From Marinilabiliaceae bacterium (GTDB taxonomy: Bacteria > Bacteroidota > Bacteroidia > Bacteroidales > VadinHA17): DNA of 64,000 nt. Shown in pieces: positions 48,494-56,073 of the stretch. How positions within the stretch are numbered: the stretch's first letter is position 1; every line of letters starts with the position of its first letter. The notes under the pieces are model-generated. The model searched no databases. It had not been told where the DNA came from and worked only from the letters and a program-made list of their open reading frames with translations. The stretch covers positions 3,089 through 67,088 of the forward strand of contig JAZBNV010000046.1 of NCBI GenBank assembly GCA_036350795.1. The letters are read 5' to 3'. Made by a program: the position numbers and the translations under genes.

Positions 48494-48940
48494 TTGAAAA
48501 AGAAAAGAATTGCACTGGCCGCCGATCATGCGGGTTTCAGAATAAAGGAAAAAATAGGTGTTTATCTTTTAAAAGAAGGTTACGAAGTAAAGGATTTTGG
48601 TTGTTTTTCTGACGAAAGTGTTGATTATCCTGATTTTGCACATCCTGCAGTTGCGGCGGTTGAATCCGGTAAATTTGACTTTGGAATAACTGTTTGTGGA
48701 AGTGGTAATGGTATTAATATGACAGCCAATAAATACCAGGGCATTAGATCTGCACTATGCTGGAATGAAGAAATAAGCAGGCTGGCCAGGGCTCATAACG
48801 ATGCAAACGTATGTTCTCTGCCCGGTAGATTTGTATCTTTATCTGAGGCAATTTTAATTGTAAAGACATTTTTAAGCACCGGCTTTGATGGAGGAAGACA
48901 TGAGCGAAGAATTAAAAAAATACCATTAAAAAGGAATTAA
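48494..48940 (+). CDS. rpiB: Ribose-5-phosphate isomerase B
   Basis: ADHAG, VDYPD, CGSGNG, AHNDAN, GGRHERR; TTG start. Confidence 0.93.
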   Translation: MKKKRIALAADHAGFRIKEKIGVYLLKEGYEVKDFGCFSDESVDYPDFAHPAVAAVESGKFDFGITVCGSGNGINMTANKYQGIRSALCWNEEISRLARAHNDANVCSLPGRFVSLSEAILIVKTFLSTGFDGGRHERRIKKIPLKRN

Positions 48941-48942
48941 AA

Positions 48943-49383
48943 ATGCTTTCCAATACATGTAAATACGGATTAAGAGCAATGGTATATATTGCAGGCAATA
49001 GCCAGGATGGTAAGAAAATAGGAATAAAACAGATATCATCAGATCTTGATCTGCCAATGCCTTTTTTAGCAAAGATCCTGCAGTCGCTGGCGAAACAAAA
49101 ACTATTACTTTCTTCAAAAGGACCAAACGGGGGCTTTTCAATTTCAAGAAATCCAAAAGATATTTATCTCCTTGAGGTTGTGAAAGCAATAGATGGACAG
49201 GATGTATTTTCAAAATGTGTTTTACATAACGATAATTGCAGAAGCGTTGATGAAAACAAAGTAGCATGTGCCCTTCATGGTGACTATGTAAAGCAAAGAA
49301 GAAAAATAGAGAAACTGTTTCAGAGCAAAACTATTTACAGTCTTGTGAGCACAGCAAAAAATTCGGAAGATATACTTATCTGA
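48943..49383 (+). CDS. Rrf2 family transcriptional regulator with three-Cys motif
   Basis: KYGLRA, FLAKIL, SKGPNGGF, C-x6-C-x9-C-x2-H. Confidence 0.9.
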   Translation: MLSNTCKYGLRAMVYIAGNSQDGKKIGIKQISSDLDLPMPFLAKILQSLAKQKLLLSSKGPNGGFSISRNPKDIYLLEVVKAIDGQDVFSKCVLHNDNCRSVDENKVACALHGDYVKQRRKIEKLFQSKTIYSLVSTAKNSEDILI

Positions 49384-49396
49384 AAAAATATAATCT

Positions 49397-50530
49397 ATGC
49401 CAGGTATATACGTTCATATACCATTTTGTAAACAAAAGTGTTTCTATTGTGATTTTTATAAAACACTCGAAACAGATAAAAGGGAAGATTTTGTAAGTGC
49501 TCTTCTAAGAGAACTAGAGATGCGCAAAACCTATCTTGATCCTGCCCAGAATATAGAAACATTGTATTTCGGGGGCGGAACACCATCAGTACTTTCCATA
49601 ACAGAATTAAGAAGAATAATTAAGGCAATAAAAAGCAATTTCAGCTTTGTGGCCAATCCTGAAATTACGCTGGAAGTAAACCCGGATGATATAACGGATG
49701 CTTTTTTAAAAAGCATTAAAAAAGAAGGAGTTAACAGGCTGAGCATTGGCATACAGTCATTCTCCGATAATATACTCAGCATGCTTAACCGGAGGCATAA
49801 TGCAAAACAATCTCTGCGTTCGGTCGAGATGGCCAGAGAGGCAGGGTTTGATAATATTTCTGTAGATTTAATATACGGCATTCCTGGTTTGTCTGCGGAA
49901 AACTGGAAGAAAGAACTGGAAACAGTATTTAAGCTGGATGTGGAACATATTTCCGCCTATCATCTTACAATTGAAAAAAACACAGTTTTCGGCAAAATGA
50001 AAGATCTTGGCGAACTGGATGAAATACCAGAGGAAGTGAGTGAAGAACAATTTGCTATACTTACTCAAACGGCCCGCGATAAGGGGTATGTTCATTATGA
50101 AATATCTAATATTTCTAAAGAGGCCTATATATCAAGACACAATTCTAATTATTGGAAGCAGGTAAGTTATCTTGGTCTTGGACCTTCGGCACATAGTTTC
50201 AATGGTTATTCACGCGAATGGAATATTGCCGATCTTGATACTTATATCCAGAGAGTTACCGAAGGAGAAGCCTTTTCTGAAAAAGAAGAACTCGACGAAA
50301 GAATACGCTATAACGAATATGTGATGACCTCTCTGAGGACGATGTGGGGAATTGATTTAAATTACCTTGAAACGTCTTTCAGCAAGGAAATGCACGATTA
50401 CCTTCTTAATATGTCGGCAAGATTTATGAAGTACGGGATGCTTACACGAAACAAGTCCGGCTGCGTGATACTCACAGAACAGGGAAAGATGATATCCGAT
50501 AATATTATATCAGAATTAATGATGGTATAA
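49397..50530 (+). CDS. hemW: Radical SAM heme chaperone HemW (HemN-like)
   Basis: YVHIPFCKQKCFYCDF, GGGTPS, DLIYGIP, YEISN, HNSNYW. Confidence 0.88.
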   Translation: MPGIYVHIPFCKQKCFYCDFYKTLETDKREDFVSALLRELEMRKTYLDPAQNIETLYFGGGTPSVLSITELRRIIKAIKSNFSFVANPEITLEVNPDDITDAFLKSIKKEGVNRLSIGIQSFSDNILSMLNRRHNAKQSLRSVEMAREAGFDNISVDLIYGIPGLSAENWKKELETVFKLDVEHISAYHLTIEKNTVFGKMKDLGELDEIPEEVSEEQFAILTQTARDKGYVHYEISNISKEAYISRHNSNYWKQVSYLGLGPSAHSFNGYSREWNIADLDTYIQRVTEGEAFSEKEELDERIRYNEYVMTSLRTMWGIDLNYLETSFSKEMHDYLLNMSARFMKYGMLTRNKSGCVILTEQGKMISDNIISELMMV

Positions 50531-51436
50531 CTACCTGCCGGTTAACATAAATTCGCCTGAGCCTATGCGTGCTCCCTCAAGATAAAGATCAACGGTATAA
50601 TTACCTGCAATAAAATCACTGTTATTGTCAACAAAAATGCACATCTCCACATCCTGGTTGAGGTATTCGGCTGTACGGCTTTCGGTATAGATCATGTTTT
50701 CTTCGCCGGAGGTAAATACATTGTCCGGCGATTTTGTAATAACCAGGCCGTCGGGCCTTGTTACCCTGAGAAAGACTTCTTTTTTGCCGGCTTCAGCAAT
50801 GGGGTTTTCACGCAGTGTAAAGCATACCCTCAGGTTTACCATCCTTTCAATCCTGTCGGTCTCCTTCCTTTTCTTGTTAAGGCAAACGGCAATTACATCT
50901 TTAGCCTGGATTACCGAGGCAACTTCAACCTTTGAGGAAAGCTCTTCTTTAACTTTTGACAGTTCCACGTTTGTTTTTTCAACACGGGATATTTCAGCTC
51001 TTATTTCCTGGTTTTCAGCAACAAGTATTTTATTCCTGGTATTAAGCGAATCGATCTGCACTATATAACTTTTCATTATTTCCCGCATTGTGGAAATCTC
51101 TTTTCGATATGTTCTTATGGTCTGGACATTTGATTTATTTATTGCCAGGAGACGCTCAATTTTTAGCTGTTCTTCAGCCAGGCGGGCATTGAGGGTGTCG
51201 TTGTTCGATTTAAGGGTATCATATCCATGCATAAGCAATACCAGCTCGTTGGTAAGCGAATCTTTTTCTTCGGTAAGAAGTTGCTCCATCTCGAACATAT
51301 TGGAGCGTTGAATAAAGAATAATATAACCAGGGCAATAAGCGCCGTGGCCAGAACTCCGGCTATAACAAATAATCCTACCGGTGTTTTCTTTTTTTGTTC
51401 GATGTTTTCGCCTGGTGTGAGCTTGTTCTTATCCAT
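50531..51436 (-). CDS. Membrane-anchored coiled-coil protein with C-terminal beta domain (hypothetical)
   Basis: Single N-terminal TM, about 130-aa heptad region, C-terminal GNYTVDLY strand motif. Confidence 0.75.
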   Translation of the reverse strand: MDKNKLTPGENIEQKKKTPVGLFVIAGVLATALIALVILFFIQRSNMFEMEQLLTEEKDSLTNELVLLMHGYDTLKSNNDTLNARLAEEQLKIERLLAINKSNVQTIRTYRKEISTMREIMKSYIVQIDSLNTRNKILVAENQEIRAEISRVEKTNVELSKVKEELSSKVEVASVIQAKDVIAVCLNKKRKETDRIERMVNLRVCFTLRENPIAEAGKKEVFLRVTRPDGLVITKSPDNVFTSGEENMIYTESRTAEYLNQDVEMCIFVDNNSDFIAGNYTVDLYLEGARIGSGEFMLTGR

Positions 51437-51491
51437 TGAAATATATTGTAAAAATGAGCTATCAAATTTATAAATAATCTGTGAATTAAGT

Positions 51492-51499
51492 TACATTTG
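51492..51499 (+). promoter_or_regulatory. -7 element TACATTTG for purF
   Basis: Exact TAnnTTTG match about 28 nt before the ATG; a divergent box TAAATTTG lies at 51463-51470(-). Confidence 0.5.
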
Positions 51500-51527
51500 G
51501 CCTTCATCTACAAAAAACGAAAATAAT

Positions 51528-52931
51528 ATGAGTGGTTTCTTCGGATCAATTTCTGCTAATGACACGGTGAGGGACGTCTTTTACGGAACAGATTATAATT
51601 CACATCTGGGAACAAAAAGAGCAGGAATGGTTTTCTATAATAAGGATAAAGGTTTTCAAAGAAGAATCCACAACCTTGAAAATTCATATTTCAGAACAAA
51701 ATTTGAGAATGATCTTATTGAGTTTTCGGGCAGCAGGGGAATAGGCGTTATAAGCGATACAGATCCTCAGCCAATATTGTTTAATTCTCACCTGGGACGC
51801 TTTGCTGTTGCAACGGTTAGCAGAATAGTAAATATTGATGATCTGGAAAAACACTTCCTTAAAAAAAGAAAGCATTTTACAGAAAACTTTGAGGGTAATG
51901 TTAATCCTACTGAAGTTGTGGCCAACCTGATTTGCGAGGAGGAGGATTTTGTGTCGGGTATCGAAAATGTATATGAAAGCGTTAAGGGATCGTGCTCAAT
52001 GATTATTCTTACGGAGGACAGAATTATTGCTGCACGCGATAAACTGGGCCGTACGCCAATTATTATTGGTAAAAAGGAAGGAGCCCTGGCCGTAGCGTCA
52101 GAAACAAGTTCTTTTCCCAATCTTGGTTTTGAGATAGAATATTATGTTGGACCCGGTGAAATAGTTGAGATTACAGAAAATGGATATAATATTCTGAAAG
52201 AAAAGAATGAAGAAATGCAGGTTTGTGCCTTCCTGTGGGTATACTATGGGTACCCGCCTTCATATTACGAAGGAATTAATGTGGATGAATGTCGCTACAG
52301 GTGTGGAGCAGCCCTGGCCCGAAGGGATAATGTTGAAGCTGATTTTGTATGTGGCATACCTGATTCAGGCGTGGGTCATGCCATTGGTTATGGAAACGAA
52401 AAGGGAATTCCATATAAACGGGCATATTCAAAATATACCCCTACCTGGCCACGAAGTTTTATGCCCCAAACCCAGGACACAAGAACTCTTGTGGCCAAAA
52501 TGAAGCTTATACCAAACGAAGCACTTATAAAAGGTAAAAGAATGGTGTTTTGCGACGATTCAATAGTAAGGGGAACACAATTGAAAGATAATACCATTGA
52601 CCTCAGGAATGCAGGAGCAAAAGAAGTACATATGAGAATAGCCTGTCCGCCACTTACATTTCCATGCGATTTCCTGAATTTTTCACAATCAAGATCTACC
52701 ATGGAACTTGCAACAAGAAAAGCCATAAGCCAGCTTGAGGGAGGCGAAATACATATCCGGGAATATGCCGATCAGTCTTCTGATCGCTACGCCCGGATGG
52801 TAGCAAAAATAGCCGAAAACCTGGGAATAGATTCGTTGATTTACCAGGATCTTGACGACCTGGTAGACGCTATCGGATTGCCAAAGGAAAAATTATGTAC
52901 CCATTGCTGGGATGGCAGCAGCAGGTATTAA
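51528..52931 (+). CDS. purF: Amidophosphoribosyltransferase, Bacteroidetes type (no N-terminal Cys)
   Basis: GIPDSG, DDSIVRGT, RIACPP, CTHCW; N-terminus MSGFFG. Confidence 0.9.
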   Translation: MSGFFGSISANDTVRDVFYGTDYNSHLGTKRAGMVFYNKDKGFQRRIHNLENSYFRTKFENDLIEFSGSRGIGVISDTDPQPILFNSHLGRFAVATVSRIVNIDDLEKHFLKKRKHFTENFEGNVNPTEVVANLICEEEDFVSGIENVYESVKGSCSMIILTEDRIIAARDKLGRTPIIIGKKEGALAVASETSSFPNLGFEIEYYVGPGEIVEITENGYNILKEKNEEMQVCAFLWVYYGYPPSYYEGINVDECRYRCGAALARRDNVEADFVCGIPDSGVGHAIGYGNEKGIPYKRAYSKYTPTWPRSFMPQTQDTRTLVAKMKLIPNEALIKGKRMVFCDDSIVRGTQLKDNTIDLRNAGAKEVHMRIACPPLTFPCDFLNFSQSRSTMELATRKAISQLEGGEIHIREYADQSSDRYARMVAKIAENLGIDSLIYQDLDDLVDAIGLPKEKLCTHCWDGSSRY

Positions 52932-52941
52932 TAATACTGTA

Positions 52942-53346
52942 TTAAAGATTAAGCGCCCTCAGCACCTCGTCCGGCACAACAGGCTTACCCCCGTTAAGGC
53001 ATGCACCGGTAATTTTGGCCGAAAGAACAGGTTTATTGTCGGGGAGCCTGAAAATATCCTGTATAAAAGCAATCTGGACATGTCCTTCCTTAAGAACATA
53101 TTGTTTTATAATAAACCTGTCTTTGCTCTTCAGGGGCGAACGGTATTTTAGTTCAGCCCTGGTAACAATCAGATCCTTGCCTTCATCGTGCATGGCCGCA
53201 AAATCAACTCCCTTCGACAGGAGGAAGAGATGTCTTGCATGTTCAAGGTAATGCATATAATTAGCATTATTTACAACACCCTGCAAATCAACCTCATAGT
53301 CTCGTACTAAAAATTCAGTTTCAAACTGGTACTCTTTTTCCTTCAT
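52942..53346 (-). CDS. Acyl-CoA thioesterase (YbgC/4HBT hot-dog fold)
   Basis: EVDLQGVVNNANYMHYLEHAR. Confidence 0.88.
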   Translation of the reverse strand: MKEKEYQFETEFLVRDYEVDLQGVVNNANYMHYLEHARHLFLLSKGVDFAAMHDEGKDLIVTRAELKYRSPLKSKDRFIIKQYVLKEGHVQIAFIQDIFRLPDNKPVLSAKITGACLNGGKPVVPDEVLRALNL

Positions 53347-55727
53347 TATTTCCTGCTTAATGTAAGCCTTAGTTTTTCATAAGGTGATGGTCCTGCCGAT
53401 ATCCATACCTCGGGACTCAGGTCTGTCAGATCTTCCTGGTAGGCAAAAATAAATATTTCAATTTCTTTACCTGCATAATCCACGGGGGCAGGAAAATAAT
53501 ATGTATAATCAGATGTTGCTGCCGCATTAACATATTCCCAGGTATTAGATTGATATGATCGTGCCCTGTCGGGGGCTCCCACTAATTTTCCGTCTACCTT
53601 CATAGCCGCATAAGCTCCTTCTTTCCCATGCTTTCCGTTTATGGCAACAGAAAAGTATGAGTTTTTCGAAATTTCATCCGGGGTGAATGATAATTTCCAG
53701 GTTTTTACCGCTGTCATCCCGGAAGGGTGAGCAAACAGGTTACTTGCCCTGAAGTTTTTATTGTTCAGCAACACACCGTCTTTATATGCCCTGATTTCAA
53801 CAAGCCGGTCGGCATATTCCTTAAAACGAAAATATCTTACAGGACCATTAATATAAACCGGCATTCTTTCTCCTGCCAGGTAAGTAAGGGTTTCCCAGCT
53901 TAAAAGATCTTTTGATACCTCAACAAAATTACCTTCGTCCTTAAGCAGGGGTTGAAGTGAATATTCGTCAGCTGTATAAAGTACCACAGAATCTATATCA
54001 ATAACCTGGCCCAGGTCAAGCCTGAAACACCCGCCTTCAATACGTTGATCTCTTTTATATTTCCTCGAAGGGAAAAAGCCTGTCTGCATATCATTGTCAA
54101 AAAGATTCCTGTCCCAGATACCCCGCTTTAAAAAAACAGCCTGGTTGAAAAATGCCTCACGGGCAGCCTTTACTTCATTTATTTTTGTTGGTCCCGACCT
54201 GAGGAGAGACCTTACCTCAAGAGCATTGTTATCTGCTGCGAATACTGTTGCTTCATATAAAGCTTCGGCGTCTTCGGGGATATTGCATTCTTCGGGAATG
54301 CCCAGTTTACGATGTACAGGGAGTTTTAGTTCTTCGCCGGGGAAATCAATTTTTACTACCCGCCCTTTCATCAGGGACAGGGCCTTTTCTCCGTTTAAAA
54401 GCGCATCAGAATAATTATCTGAGTCTTCGAGCTGGATATACGAACTGCTTCCCGGCATACCCAGTATGTCTATTTCAATATTTTCTGTTTCAATATTCTT
54501 TACAAGTTCATACTCGGCCCCAATAATTCCTGGTTCGGAAAATTTCTCTGCACTTACTATTAACATATATGACCTGAATGGAAGAACAGAAACAGGAACA
54601 GATTCGCCCTTCCTGTATATTCCAAGCACCTTCTCGGCCGGGTGAAATTGTCGGAGGTAATACTGGTAGGCATTACCAAGCCCGATTTCACTATCCAGTT
54701 TTATATTATAGGTTTTTGTTTCCCAGCTAAGGTTTCTTAAAGTAATTATCCTGGTTTTTTCATTTCCCCTGCTTACAGCATTGGGGCCATAATTATCAGG
54801 AAGAGTTATTCCATTTATAAGAATATCACGATACTTACGATGAAGATTATAAATCCTTGCAAGTTTCGGAAATTCATCATCCCTCATCAGCCAGGGATTT
54901 CCATAAACCTGGGGAGCAAGAATAAGACTCCTGTTGAATGCCTGCAATACAAGATCATCATCCCAGTAGTCGATACATGATGAAATACATACACCATGAT
55001 CTTCGGTAAGTCTCATTAAATCGGGAGACAAACCCCTTGCCAGCGCTCCGGCCCTGTGATGTGGTGCAGTACTGTTGTTGTTCATAAATACGTCAATATA
55101 TGTCTCGGCACCGCCCATCAGGAAAGTTGTGGCATAGGGTTTAGCCCTGTTCAGCCCGAGCCTGTGATTTAACAATATCAGGTCGGGGCTGTATTTGCGG
55201 GCCTCGGTCATCATTTCTATAAAATAGTCCTCTTTTTCAGGTCTTAGCGGACCACAGACAGCGTCAAACTTAAAGAGGGCAAAATTATAATCGCGGCATA
55301 ACTTAACCATCTGGTCTATCCTCTCCCTGGCCTCCTTTTCAGTGTTGCCAAAGCCATCCGGGCCTCCCCAGATTCCCAGCCGTATACCTATTTCTTCTGC
55401 TCTTTTATATATCGGATCAAAACCACCTGGAAACTGCTTCTTAAACCTGTCGGAATAAATGCTGCCATAGAACCTTTTTCCGTCTATTGCCCCGGCATCA
55501 AATGCGTAAATATCGAGCTGCATTCCATATTCTTTCTTAAGCCAGTCAAAAAAGTCCAGGTTAACCATGGTGTGTTCCATTGTTGCCCCTTCGTTGGTAT
55601 TGTTAATCCACGAGAAATACTGGGCACGCGATGGTGAATTCTCATCAGCTCCCGGAAATATTTCCTTTTCCTGGGCCGAAGCAATGTTTAAAAATAATAT
55701 TGCGATAAGGCTCAACAAATATTTCAT
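53346..55727 (-). CDS. Secreted hypothetical protein, putative clan GH-D-like glycoside hydrolase
   Basis: Signal peptide (ASA/Q); YAFDAG, GIRLGIW, LFKFD and PDLILLN resemble GH27/GH36 barrel motifs. Confidence 0.55.
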   Translation of the reverse strand: MKYLLSLIAILFLNIASAQEKEIFPGADENSPSRAQYFSWINNTNEGATMEHTMVNLDFFDWLKKEYGMQLDIYAFDAGAIDGKRFYGSIYSDRFKKQFPGGFDPIYKRAEEIGIRLGIWGGPDGFGNTEKEARERIDQMVKLCRDYNFALFKFDAVCGPLRPEKEDYFIEMMTEARKYSPDLILLNHRLGLNRAKPYATTFLMGGAETYIDVFMNNNSTAPHHRAGALARGLSPDLMRLTEDHGVCISSCIDYWDDDLVLQAFNRSLILAPQVYGNPWLMRDDEFPKLARIYNLHRKYRDILINGITLPDNYGPNAVSRGNEKTRIITLRNLSWETKTYNIKLDSEIGLGNAYQYYLRQFHPAEKVLGIYRKGESVPVSVLPFRSYMLIVSAEKFSEPGIIGAEYELVKNIETENIEIDILGMPGSSSYIQLEDSDNYSDALLNGEKALSLMKGRVVKIDFPGEELKLPVHRKLGIPEECNIPEDAEALYEATVFAADNNALEVRSLLRSGPTKINEVKAAREAFFNQAVFLKRGIWDRNLFDNDMQTGFFPSRKYKRDQRIEGGCFRLDLGQVIDIDSVVLYTADEYSLQPLLKDEGNFVEVSKDLLSWETLTYLAGERMPVYINGPVRYFRFKEYADRLVEIRAYKDGVLLNNKNFRASNLFAHPSGMTAVKTWKLSFTPDEISKNSYFSVAINGKHGKEGAYAAMKVDGKLVGAPDRARSYQSNTWEYVNAAATSDYTYYFPAPVDYAGKEIEIFIFAYQEDLTDLSPEVWISAGPSPYEKLRLTLSRK

Positions 55728-55930
55728 ATGTTTTGACTATTATATTTATCCGACAATAAATTAATTAAAAATTTGAGAACGAATGGATGTGCTTCGCTCT
55801 CGCATAATGCAATACCTATAACCCTCATAGCAGTTGGATAATACCAATCTGAAAGAGAGGCTCTTTCCCTGTTGGCATATTTTTCAAGCAGGGCGATACT
55901 TTCTTCAAGTATTTCTTTTTCAGTGATCAT
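55724..55930 (-). CDS. Small hypothetical protein (68 aa)
   Basis: ATGA overlap with the next gene; -7 box TATCTTTG at 55952-55959(-). Confidence 0.55.
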   Translation of the reverse strand: MITEKEILEESIALLEKYANRERASLSDWYYPTAMRVIGIALCESEAHPFVLKFLINLLSDKYNSQNI

Positions 55931-56008
55931 GCTTATTAGTCCTAATTATGCCAAAGATATAAATTAGTAACGATAAGACTTTTTATATGCTTATGATAGT
56001 GTTATCAG

Positions 56009-56040
56009 CAGTAAGACTTATCTTTAACAGTAAGACTTAT
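56009..56040. repeat. 13-bp direct repeat CAGTAAGACTTAT x2 (putative operator)
   Basis: Copies at 56009-56021 and 56028-56040; the core TAAGACTT also occurs at 55974-55981. Confidence 0.7.
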
Positions 56041-56073
56041 AAATAGCAGGGTATAAACTAATATTTTAAGAAT

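Noticed and set aside
50962-50977. GTTCCACGT half parS-like site
   Set aside because: Right arm does not match, and it lies inside a coding region.
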